A stretch of 63,550 bases of DNA, filler included, from Choristocarpus tenellus KU-1152 (taxonomy: Eukaryota > Protista > Phaeophyceae), in NCBI GenBank assembly GCA_964200185.2. It is 11 parts of 11 records of this genome, joined end to end, with 100 filler letters (N's around TTAATTAATTAA, not from the genome) between each part and the next. Parts side by side here need not be neighbours in the genome. Positions count along the whole stretch, not along the records: positions 12,431 to 17,221 come from CAXNAD020013046.1; positions 17,322 to 20,684 come from CAXNAD020020532.1; positions 20,785 to 23,947 come from CAXNAD020021853.1; 8 more parts are not named here. One strand, 5' to 3'. The stretch's first letter is position 1. Every line of letters begins with the position of its first letter. This document shows, piece after piece, positions 12,764 to 23,947 of this stretch. A program made the translations under genes and the position numbers. A model generated the notes under the pieces. It was not told the DNA's origin. It saw only the letters and a program-made list of their open reading frames with translations, and searched no databases.

Positions 12764-14037
12764 GTTGTGGAGGGCGTGGGAGACCACGGGTGTGAGTATA
12801 TGACAGGAGGTAACATGGTGTGCCTCGGCCCTACAGGGCGCAACTTTGCGGCAGGGATGAGCGGGGGAACTGCCTGGATTTATGACCCAAATGTGAGGTT
12901 TAGGCTATTGGCTGAAGAATTAAGATGGAGGGAGTTTAGGAGATTTCAGTATCAGGGAGGGGAGGTAGAGTTTTTGATACACAAAATGTTTACATCTGAT
13001 CTGTTAAAGTGAGGTGAGGTGAGGTGAGGTTAGGTGAGAAGGTGGATGACTTGAACGATGAATTGCCAGTTTGTCACCATCTTCTGAGGTGGTTCCGTTT
13101 TGCTTAAGGGACGCATTCTCAGGCACATGGGGGGTGGGGGGGTTACTCTTTCTAGGCTAGTTTGAAGTGCATACTTGAGAGAGATTTCAATGAATATTTC
13201 TCTTCTCGATCATAACTCAACCCACTACACGACCTCTGCTGCTGTGCTGTGCAGGGAGAGTTCCCGTCACGATGCAATATGGGTATGGTGGGCTTGGAAT
13301 CAGTGGAGACTCCTGAAGATGCAGAGAGTCTGAGAGGTTTCCTGGCGGCACACCAAGCACACACAGGGTCCACTGTTGCACAGAGACTCCTGGACAATTT
13401 TTCAACAGAGGTCACCAAGTTTGTGAAGGTGTGCGCTTTGCAGATGCAGTGCCTGCCAAAGAGTTGTTAGTCGAGCAAGGGTAAACTAGTTATAGTTATT
13501 ACCCTTCCCCTCCCACTAGGCATGGGCCGTGCAGTGCCTATTTGTTGTGGTCTCTAAGAAAAGAGTGTGGTTAACATTGAGTGGAGTTGGTTTCGGATTG
13601 ATTATGTGTTTTTGTGATGATAGTGAGAGAGTGTGTTGAATTGAGGATTGATTGATACCTTTCATATCTGACTGCTATCTGTTGATCACTAACAATGTTC
13701 CAACCCTGTGCAATGTTTCATTGAGTACCCAGTGACACATGCACGCTACCTCTCTGCTGTGTTGGGATTTCTTTGAGGATTGCCTGTATTGGAGTTGACC
13801 TCCCCGAATACTGGCTGATTTTGGTATCCAATGAGTATGTAAAGCAATTCATAGGTAGAGCACAAGCAGCACTTTATTGGACTAACATGCCCAAACACAA
13901 CAAAACTCTTGCTAATGTGTGGAAACATCCAGGTCATGCCACATGACTACAAGCGTGTACTGAAGGAGATGGAAGATGCTAAGGCTCAGGGCATCAACTG
14001 GGATGAGGATGAGGAAGGGAAGTCTATGGTGGCTTAA
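12764..14037 (+). CDS. gltB: Glutamate synthase large subunit, C-terminal GXGXG domain; probably ferredoxin-dependent GOGAT; last 3 exons (12764-12892, 13255-13428, 13933-14037), 5' partial
   Basis: [61 protein letters not shown]; GT-AG introns in phase; stop follows with no fused GltD domain. Confidence 0.93.
13009..13038. repeat. (GTGAG)n pentanucleotide microsatellite in intron
   Basis: gtgaggtgaggtgaggtgaggttaggtgag. Confidence 0.8.
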
Positions 14038-16366
14038 GAAATTGATGACTTCAACATTTAACCTCCTCTGTTGCGATTGGAGATGCAGAGGGGCTAGAAA
14101 TTTCGCAGTAACCTCACTTGAAGAGTGTGAATCATGGGAATGATGTAGGATACAGATGAGGGGAAGAGGAATCATTCCCTGGACGTCATGAATTGTTTAG
14201 GTGTGGCAGTTAAGACCCTGTGTATGAGAGGGTGCAAGGGTATGACTGAGTTCCAAGGGGATTGGGTGGGAATGGTTTCATGTGCATTTTGTGGATGGTG
14301 ACTTGGAAAGGTGAGGTTTTGCCCTTCCCATATGCCCTGAAATTGTTGTTGCGTTACAAATTGCAGTATCATGGGAATTGTGTTGTCCCTTCACTTATTT
14401 TTTATGCCTGATCGACTGTCTTATCTTGTCCTGGTAGTTTCTGGAGAGCTCAGGGCAGGCGAGTGGTGTGTATATTAAAGCGGTTGGGGCTGTTCCTGTT
14501 TTCCCACATATGGAATGCATGACAGGACAGCGGTAGGGACGGCTTTTTGTGCCAGTCCATGTGCGCCTGTCCACCTGACAAATGATGTTTATTTTGCTTT
14601 TTGGCAAGTCAACTAGATATTTCCGTATTGAGTCAGGCTTGATAGAGTAGGAGCGTTATGTGTTGTTGCCAGCAGGGCATAAATTAGAGAGATGGCGTAG
14701 TGGGTGATTAGGTATTTCTTTGAGAGAAACCGATGGCGGTATGATAGGTTTAGCTTATGCTGTTAGCGGTATAATGCATACCGTTGTCTCACTCGTCAAA
14801 CCCTCAATATTTAGTCAGTGGCAATCTCCGATTTCTCTGGGAAAACAGCGACCAATCACAAACTGGAGCTCTATTTTATTGTCTGATTGTTGCTTTGCGC
14901 TCATTTTTGATTCCCATAAAATCGTAGGATAGCTCTCAATTAGAACAATCACCTGAGTAAAGAGATTTTTTTACCTGTTGAGGGAGTGCTATTCTACTAC
15001 TGTGGCACTGGAGTACCACAAAGGAGTTTTAGAGGAGTGATAGAAAAGAGGAGCACATGGCAGATCAGCTTCCTCATGTGCTTACATGTTGATTCTAGGT
15101 AAGATGGAGATATGTGGGTTTCTTCTAATAACTGGATAGTAGGAAACCTATGGGTCAAATTGGGGATGCATACCTGCTGCTTGGATGGAGTTAAAAGATT
15201 CAACAGGGTTTGCCTGCCTTGTTTTTTAGGAGTAGAGTTCAGTGTTATACTCCAATCCACACTGATAGTCACACATCCTGAAGAGCGATCTGGGCAAACT
15301 TACACACTTCTGTGGAGCACAGTAGCTACAGTTGTGATATACACCTTGAAATTCCAGGCAGTTCATGATCACCTCCATGAACTGCCTGAATGGTCAAGTC
15401 ACCTACAATTCCCAAGGAATGGGAAGAGATGTTTTGAACAGAGTGCTGTGTGGTGGGATTCTTGAATATAGTATCTATCTGCAACTTGTGAAGCTCCTCC
15501 AGGTCAATGCACTCGAAACCCAAATGTACATTTCTTCCCGAGCTCACATCTAGGTTTGTATCACTGTCAGCTGGCAACCAATACAGCTCTTCCAATCTTC
15601 ACACCTGGCTTTGAATAGTTGCAAAACATTCTACATTCATTTCCAAGTGAGATTATCGCAACCAAACGCGCACGACGGCAAGCTACTACGCGGAATAGTC
15701 CCATCTACTAACTACAGCATAATGAACTTGGAGAATGGTAAGACAAACTACCATTTTGGGTTGGGCTGGCTTGCACCTGGTGCAACAAACGGGGCAGGCC
15801 AGTTTACTCGGGTTTGTAATCGGTACCCTTGGAGACTGATGTTCCTTAGAAGTGTAGCACTGTTTGCCCCTCTGTCGATGAGTCCATCTCAACTTTCAAG
15901 TATTGACATTATATGATGACTGGCCTCTTTGTACAAGTGTCTCAGTCATGCCCGAGATATTGTTTGTTGCGATCTACCCCCACCCCCACCCTGTCAGATA
16001 TGCCGATCTGCATTATTTATTTATTTTCTCGGGCAAGTTGTTGGACTTGTAACACATCACATGACAACAACAGGGAGAAGCAGAAGAAGGCTACCGTATC
16101 TAACGGTAGCTTGTAGTAAAAAAAAATCTTCCAGCACATTAAAAAATTTTAAAACATCAGCTTTTTCAATTTGCTGCTCATTTGTTGTACCCCTCCTCCC
16201 CCCACCACTGCGAGAAACTGTGCATGTCACCTGAAGCAAGCACGGGCGCCAACGCTGGTAAGCATGTTACCGGGAGTGCAACAGACACAAAAACAACCTG
16301 CTTGAACTACTGGACGAACGAGGCATCATGAACAACAACACTCCCGTATCCTCTGTTTGCCGTTGG

Positions 16367-17130
16367 TCAATCATTCATTTGCCAACGTGTGCGCCCCCCC
16401 GCCGCTACCCCCCTCCTCTTCTTACTCCTCTTCGTCATCCCCTTCATCCTCCTCTTCATCCTCCTCTTCTTCCTCCTCGTCCTCCTCCGCGTCGGTGACA
16501 TACTCCGGCTCGTCTTCCGGCGCAGAATCACCGGTGCCCCTCCACACCTTGTGACCTTTCCCTTTCCACCTGTGCGGGAAGAGGGACACTTGCACTTTCT
16601 GGTGGTGATTGGCGTCAAGTCCGAGTCCGAATCCCGCACTTCGAACCCACGAGAATGCACTACCGCAAGACCCAGGAGCACGTTGAACGGTGATCTCGTG
16701 TCATTCTTTGCCCAGGGTTTGCACACCCTCCCGACTACGGGCATGACGAACATCTGCCCGGGGCCAACTTGGGAGAAGGGGAGGAGGACCTCGTCACAGC
16801 TTCCACTCTGCGGAACTTTTGACGTGAATTCAATGTTGGTGTCGTCTGCCTTCTCAGTCTAACGCATGTAGTAGAGAGGGCAAGTGGCTGCCACGCGCAA
16901 GAAGAGCTCTGCGCGTGGCCCACACACCTCCGTTCCAGGCGAAAGCATGCACTTGAGCCGGTTGTTGTTGGCCACATGAAGCAGCCGAATGCATTGCTCT
17001 TCTTGGTCGTCAAGAGAGATTCAACGGAAGGCCTCTGATCGAGAGTTGCACACTTGGAGATCACCCCACGCAGAGAGATCATTTCCGCCGACTTTGTAGT
17101 CTTTCCCGTCAAGCGGGAATAAGGCCATTT
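16367..17130 (-). pseudogene. Disrupted intronless ORF with acidic C-terminal tail, probably TE- or virus-derived
   Basis: MALFPLDGKDYKVGGNDLSAWGDL... continues through stops/frameshift to ...GQMFVMPVVGRVCKPWAKND... and ends in a poly-E/D tract (TCC-rich repeat 16410-16490). GC-rich relative to flanks. Confidence 0.45.
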
Positions 17131-17322
17131 TAGTGGGATTCGAGGACGAGCTTGCACGCGGCTGAGCATGACGGAAGACAAAGATGGCGGTGGGGTTGGG
17201 GGGGGTGGAGGGGTGTTGGGGNNNNNNNNNNNNNNNNNNNNNNNNNNNNNNNNNNNNNNNNNNNNTTAATTAATTAANNNNNNNNNNNNNNNNNNNNNNN
17301 NNNNNNNNNNNNNNNNNNNNNC

Positions 17323-17578
17323 TACGGAGGACAGCAGCCCCTTCACAGTAGACAGAAATTTCCGCATGGATCTAGTCTTCCATGCAGGGGCATTTGCGGG
17401 AGGTGGAACAGTCCCCTACCAGGACAAAGGCCTCCTGCTAGATGTTACATTTGAAGAAGTGCAGGCAACCTCTCACCTTACCCACTCATCCACCAGCAAT
17501 GGTGTAGCTGCTGCTACAACTGAGGGGTGAAAGTGCACCCACTACAAGGGTTCTTTTGATCCTCGTAGTTATAACCTC
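17323..17578 (+). mobile_element. Non-LTR retrotransposon fragment, C-terminal restriction-like endonuclease (RLE) region, CRE-like
   Basis: Translates as EDSSPFTVDRNFRMDLVF...KGLLLDVTF...GVAAATTEG*KCTHY, matching the R-x-D ... LLDVT ... K-x-x-H-Y layout of RLE domains; in-frame stop. Confidence 0.7.
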
Positions 17579-18910
17579 AACACCTTCATTCACAAAGTTA
17601 GAAAATCGTTGGTATGTCATATTTTGATGAATGGGTATTATATATTTTATTATTATGCCCTCTGACATTTTGCAGATGTGTCAGGGGGAAACCAATGAAA
17701 ACTATATACATATGTGTATATAAAATGTCCTAAACATACATACGTATTATATATTTGAATTGCATTATTTGCCCTCGAACATTTTACGGTATATTTGTAT
17801 TGTAAAGAGATGAGGTAACTGATGAAAGATCTCCATCAACAAATCCAATATCACACCAGGTCCATCCAATCCGAGCACCAATAATCACATGTTACAAGGA
17901 AAGAAAGGAAAGGAAACAGGGGCACAAGAGAAATCAACTCCCAAAAGAGAGAAACTAACGGTAAAAGGAGAGCTTCGCTGACATTCGTAAGTGTGCTTGT
18001 GCCCTGGCCTCCTCGGGCCGTCTTAGGATGGCGTACATCACCTTCTATGTCGCAGCTCTGTGGGAATGTCATTCTATCATGAAACTCCTTACTGCCTCGG
18101 CCACAATCCCTTATCATCTCTGTTCGTTTGTTCCCTTGTGCTCCATCCTTCAACCGTGATCTCAAACTTCTCGAGGTCATATTTTCGGCATAATCATCGG
18201 TTCTTCTCCTGCCCAACTTGCTTACTTTTCCATCTGAAAGCCTCCTAACTAAGCATCTGCACATTTGCAAGTCGCTCATTCTCCATACACGAAACTGATC
18301 ATGCAAAGAGGAGTCCGTTTTCGCACAGTCGGCTCAATACCCCCCTCCCCCCCGTCCCCATTCTTGACAATGCCATCGTTTTAGGAATATGTGATCGATG
18401 TGTTCCTGTTTCTGTTTCTGGAATCCGATGCAGGGTAGGAGGAATTTGTGGTGGTTGAACCGAAGGTTCATGTAGTGGACCTGGAGAAGTATCCATTTCA
18501 CACAATCATAACAGAGGTTAAGTACTTGGGCTTGGGCATGTGAATCTTGAGCTCCAGGCGATACACCTAGGTCCTGTCATAGATCGCATAGCTGTTGTGA
18601 CTACTTCCCAAAACAACCCTGAGTTTTGAACGCGTGAACTGATGATGTTGTGGTTTATATTTGTATATCATCATCTCAATATACTACAACTGTACCTTCT
18701 TCTGTCTAATTCCCTCACCATTACTACATTTTGTATTTTGTATTTTGGAAATGGAGTGTTTTTTGGAGATGGGCACAAGCCAACTTTTGTGAGTCAACTA
18801 CTTTCTAAAGGTCGAGAATCGCCTTGTATCAGGACTGACTGAGCTCGCTTTCAATTTCCAGGTTAACTTGTAATTATAAAAACTGGGTATTAGACCTCAG
18901 TACAGTTGAG

Positions 18911-19963
18911 ATGTGGCGTGTTTTGGCGTGTTTGATGCTGTTTGCTGTGGCGAACGGGTTTGTATGTAACCATGGTATGAGAATACCGTCTTGCCAACGT
19001 GCGACAGGACGTGCTATTTCTGAAAGAATTGGGGTAAGAAGGATCTCCATGGTGGCCTCAGGTATGGGACATCCCCACAACGCGTAGGCATTGCTGTTGT
19101 GTTGAGGTTGTGACCTCCGCGTGATTACATTTCACTTTATCTACATGGCAGTGAAAGCAGGATGAGATGATAGGGAGGATGCTGATTTGTAGGCTGTAGA
19201 TTATGGAAGAACTGTCGTCAGTTTGTTGAATAAACAAACAATTGGAATTCCGTTCGAAGACCTTATGATGCAAACTTTCAGATTGGCACCGTACTAATGG
19301 TTGCGTTTTTTCTTTCAGTAGAACGTCGTTTTACCTCCTCAGCTATTCCTCCGTCGTTCATGTAGGTAGGATATGCTATGGGTATTCGTAGATGTCGATG
19401 AGTGACCGCTTTCATTCCGGGAAAGTCTGCACATATGTCAGCAGCAGCGTTTACCAGGTCCTGACACCAAAGTGGGCTCCCTCAAACAGGTGTGGAAGAG
19501 GATGTGACCGAAAAGATAGTGATAATCCGTCCAAAGGCCATGGACCACTTGTTGACGCTCAAGAAGAGCCAAGACGGCAACATGCTGCTGAGAATGGGCG
19601 TGCGATCTGGGGGATGCTCTGGTCTCTCGTATGTCATGGACCTTGTCAAAGAGGTGCGAACAGATAGAAACTACAACTCCTCCTGAGATAACACTGGCTC
19701 AATATGGTTGATATGATAACATTAACTTTTCTTAATTTTGAACATTGCTGACAACACTTGTTCTGCGTGCGCAGAGTGAGGTGACAGAAGATGATATGGT
19801 CGAGGAATATGAAGGGTTCAAGTGTGTAATCGACCCCAAGAGCGTGCTGTATCTCTATGGCCTAGAGCTAGACTACAGTGATGCCCTTATTGGAGGAGGC
19901 TTCCAATTCCTGAATCCCAATGCTGAGAGTTCCTGTGGCTGTGGAAAGTCTTTTGGAGTTTGA
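18911..19963 (+). CDS. sufA: Plastid-targeted A-type Fe-S cluster carrier (SufA/IscA, HesB family); exons 18911-19061, 19490-19653, 19775-19963
   Basis: [60 protein letters not shown] with the three conserved Cys. N-terminus [16 protein letters not shown]|F is a signal peptide followed by Phe and an Arg-rich transit peptide (ASAFAP-type). Intron phases fit. Confidence 0.93.
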
Positions 19964-22055
19964 TATGTGGATCGCCATTTTTTTTTGTGTAAGTATTGGG
20001 GGCATAATTAGAATTCAACCTATATTTTCTTGTTGGAGGTACGTCTGGCCAAAGGGTTTGCATATATGGGTGCTAAGGCTCTTAAAATGCATATTTTGTA
20101 GCATGCAAGTGAGGCAAAATGTAAATCTCATCTGATACGGGGTTGTTGAAGTGACATGTTCACTTGTGTCATCTAGGATGAGGTGATACTTTGCTTATCG
20201 GACAGAGAATATAGACAACTTAACTTTAGGTCATGAGAGTGCACGGAGAGGTCTCAGTTAATGCAGCAAAAGAGAGATAGACACTTTTGTGTTAATGACT
20301 GCATTTTTTCAGGCTGCATTAAATACAATTTTTTGAGACAAATCCGACTTCATGACACCCTTGATGGTGGCAGTGTTCACCCAGCTTTCATTGGTAGAGG
20401 GTAACACAATGAGTGATGCCATATAAGAGGGGGGGAATTGTTGAGTTTTGAGGACCCCATTGACTGCCTTGTGGTACATGTCTTCAGAGCATTCTGGAGG
20501 ATGCTTTTGGCTAATAATATGCTCACGCCTAATTTGCCCTTTAGAAGCACACCCTATTCAGGAGATCATCCCCATTTCAGGCATACCCAAGGTAACTATT
20601 GCACAAGATTCAAAAACCTGCAACTTGAAACGGCCAAATTGGACCGCACACGCAGAATGTCTAATCTCCCAACAAAACCTAGGGNNNNNNNNNNNNNNNN
20701 NNNNNNNNNNNNNNNNNNNNNNNNNNNNTTAATTAATTAANNNNNNNNNNNNNNNNNNNNNNNNNNNNNNNNNNNNNNNNNNNNCCCCCCAGATACTTTG
20801 ACCCTTATGTGAGATGAGAGGACAGAATCAAAGTGGAGTTTCATGGAAGATTGAAATTGATTTCTTCATTGTGCTCCGATCGGGTGTAGCGACAAGAAGA
20901 AAGTTGTAAATTGTCGTGAAGTATGTATTAAGAAATCGCATCCTAGTTGCAATTTCATCGTGCTTTTGGTGCTTTCGTGAGCTGAATTGACTTAACGTGA
21001 CGCACTTTACTAAATGAGGCAAAAACGCAGGAAGAATGATACGGGAGGAAGGAGGGGATTGATCAGATATCGAATCGGGGTCCTTCGTTCCTGTCGTATT
21101 CAACTGAGTGCATGTGAAGAAACGGATGTTTAAAATGTTGTTGAGAGCATTGCGTGAATATTGAGTATGATAAATTCGCATTTCTTAATGTGAATTTCAT
21201 CGCTGCTTCAGTCAGTTTGTGTGGAAGACCAACCTACGTCAAGTATGGTATTAAGTGAGGAACATATACAGCAAGAATGATGTGCGAAGGAGGAAAATTA
21301 AAACAAAATTGAACTGGAGTCCTTTGCCCTGGTCTTGTTGGATGTAGAAAATGGAAAAAAAGCACATGCTGAATGGGTTATGTCAACGATTGTAACATTA
21401 CAGTACGTACGCGTAATTGGAGCCTCTAAAAATTACATGTGTGTACTTTCACCTTTGAAACACTTTTCACAATTTACCACTTACAATCACAGTTTTACAC
21501 AAGATGTGATACTCCCGCCCTCATACAAACTACAATCATGGAGATGTACGCATGTTGGGAACATCGTAACATGTTTCCTAACTCATAGACTCCAAAAACA
21601 TGGAGGGCCTTCCTAAATATTTGTCAAATTTTGAAGTCAAAGAGGCGACAGCAGATCCTGGAACCATACAAATTTGAGCATCCACCCTGTCTCTGAACAA
21701 GAGAGACTGAAAGTTCTATTACACATGTAAGACTAGGTGTCCGAAAAGAACAACGTTCTTTACTCAATATCACCAAATCATCAAAGGTCCACCTTTGCAG
21801 TCACCGAAACATGGAATAGATGTTCGGTCTTAAGGTTGCACTAGTCTGTTGTGAAGATAATTGACGCCAAGATATCTAAGTGTCTCAAAACTCTACAATA
21901 ACACCATACATATAGTAAAAAGACATCTAAATACTCAAAGACACTAACAAAATTAGCTCTGAAATGAAGATGTTACTGGCAGACTTAGAAACAACGTGGT
22001 TCACACTCATTCACTTAGTATCCGTCAAATGTTCCACAACAGGTGATGCTCAACT

Positions 22056-22709
22056 CTAGATCTTACTTTGACGGTTCCTCCCCATCATCTCCTCGAAACT
22101 TTCGAAACGGTGTCCGTCTTCCATCTTCCACCAACCCAAGAGCTTGGGGAACGTTTCGGTGAGCATGTGCCACAGGTTGTAAGGCGACGAATATTGGTCA
22201 CTCCACTCTTCCGCATCTACACTGCAAAGGAACATAGCCTTCCTCTTAATGAGAATTTTGACGCCCTCAATCTGGAACGTTTGCCTGGTTATCTCGCCCC
22301 GATCATGACACCCCTTCTGGATGGTGCCGTGGATATAGCCATAATCGTCCACAACAATGAGTTTGGCCTTCATCCCTGTCCTCGCTGTCACAAATCCATG
22401 GTCACAAAGCACCTGTTTAAGAACATTGGAGGTTACTGTCGGTTTTCTTGTTTTAAAACTGCTGCTCCTGAACCACTCCTTAGCAATATAATTTTTCAAC
22501 AACGCATCGGCGCAATCTTGAAGAAACGTCATCGTAATCCCATATTCAATCTGACCATCACATGCGATGGCTTCATCCGTTTTGCCCTCGTCTTCCACTT
22601 GGGGACCATTACTCCATGTACGATCTTGGGACCCTCCTGTAAAGAACGACAATAGAGATAATCCATCTTGGTGCTGATCTGTTGAAACCTCGCTACCCTG
22701 GCAGCTCAC
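22056..22709 (-). CDS. Intronless hypothetical ORF, probably the C-terminal part of a disrupted longer ORF; virus/TE-like
   Basis: 217 open codons of globular-looking composition; follows the acidic ORF 22801-23196 on the same strand. Confidence 0.4.
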   Translation of the reverse strand: MSCQGSEVSTDQHQDGLSLLSFFTGGSQDRTWSNGPQVEDEGKTDEAIACDGQIEYGITMTFLQDCADALLKNYIAKEWFRSSSFKTRKPTVTSNVLKQVLCDHGFVTARTGMKAKLIVVDDYGYIHGTIQKGCHDRGEITRQTFQIEGVKILIKRKAMFLCSVDAEEWSDQYSSPYNLWHMLTETFPKLLGWWKMEDGHRFESFEEMMGRNRQSKI

Positions 22710-22800
22710 CTTCGACCTTCCCTCCTCCTGAAAAAGGGATCACTTCTTCTCCTGTAAAGTACAAGACCACCATCCATAATTGGTCCGTAATGATATGGAG

Positions 22801-23196
22801 TTAGTGAATACCATGTCCTGGACCAGGACACATTAGCTTTGACTCGCATGTTTGGTTTGGGGGCAATGCTGTTAGCACCTCTTCCACCCCCACGTCTTCA
22901 GACGGACTGTCTCCGACATCCTCGTCGCTGTCCACCTCAACCACTTCCAAAGTCTTTTCCACATCGCTGAGGTCATCCATTCGCGGTGAACCACTTGATA
23001 CAGGAGTTAGGAGACCTCCGCTCTGGGAGTTGAAATCCTCACCTTCCTCCACGTCGACGTCCGACGTAGTGTTTGCACCTATGTCCCCGAGGAGGTCCTC
23101 AAAGTCATTGATCACAGTGCCATCAGGCCCCACGGTCCTCTTCTGCTTCACCCTTTTACTGTCAGTGATATCATCCTTAATCAAGGAATGATGCAT
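22801..23196 (-). CDS. Acidic low-complexity hypothetical ORF, possibly part of the same disrupted gene as 22056-22709
   Basis: 131 codons, D/E/V-rich, with a basic KRVKQKR patch. Confidence 0.4.
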   Translation of the reverse strand: MHHSLIKDDITDSKRVKQKRTVGPDGTVINDFEDLLGDIGANTTSDVDVEEGEDFNSQSGGLLTPVSSGSPRMDDLSDVEKTLEVVEVDSDEDVGDSPSEDVGVEEVLTALPPNQTCESKLMCPGPGHGIH

Positions 23197-23282
23197 CTAA
23201 GATATATAACTCCGATCTTTCCCCTTCCCTTTTGGTGCAAGGAACATTCGCTGATCCAACCTCATCAACAACCTGACACTCC

Positions 23283-23681
23283 TCATGGCAGGAACAGGAG
23301 GAATACACAAGGTTGTTCATCGAGAGGAGGATATCCTCAAGAAAGTCTTGGCAATGATCCAAGGGAGGATTACGAACCTAGACATAGACCCTGACGGGTA
23401 CGTTGATATCCACCTATGCCTGGGTTCAAATCGACATCCAGAGGATGTAAACAGAACAATTAGGGTCACTTCCAATCTTGAGAGACATAGGCACCTCCAC
23501 CAGGGACCACCCCTTCCATAACCTCTGGATGTCGATTTGAACCCAGCATAAGTGGATATGAACGTACCCGTCGGGGTCTGTGTGGAGGTTCGTAATCCTC
23601 CCTTGACCACTGCCAACACCTTGTTCAGGATATCCTCCTCTCGATGGACAACCTTGTGTATTCCTTCTGTTCCTGCCATGA
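23283..23681. repeat. Long imperfect inverted repeat (arms ~23283-23445 and ~23521-23681, loop ~75 bp)
   Basis: TCATGGCAGGAACAGGAGGAATACACAAGG... and ...CCTTGTGTATTCCTTCTGTTCCTGCCATGA; about 14 substitutions and two 1-bp indels by manual alignment. Confidence 0.92.
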
Positions 23682-23906
23682 CGAGCGTGACCTCGCCATC
23701 AACTTGTAGATGCAGGACATAGGAATATGCAAAATAATTGTCACAGTTTTGGCAACGAGGACAATGGAAAAAGGTTTATGCGTCAACATATGGGGGGTAA
23801 GAGTTGTTATAACTTCAAACATTTTGATGTTAATAGCTTCCAATTTGACCAAACTATGTCGATACAAATACCGATGATAATAAAAGTCACCACTCACATA
23901 AACTGA

Positions 23907-23947
23907 GACCCAAAGTATCTGGGGGGGCGGGGGGGGTCTACATCAGG
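23907..23947. mobile_element. MITE family B terminus at contig end (another at 20785-20804)
   Basis: GACCCAAAGTATCTGGGGGG...GGTCTACA matches the reverse complement of the family B right end. Confidence 0.7.

Noticed and set aside
16389-16862. Hydrophobic 157-aa ORF resembling a membrane protein
   Set aside because: Produced by the reverse complement of a GAG/GAA acidic repeat.
22068-22655. 195-aa plus-strand ORF
   Set aside because: Probably the antisense shadow of 22056-22709; the neighbouring acidic ORF supports the minus strand.
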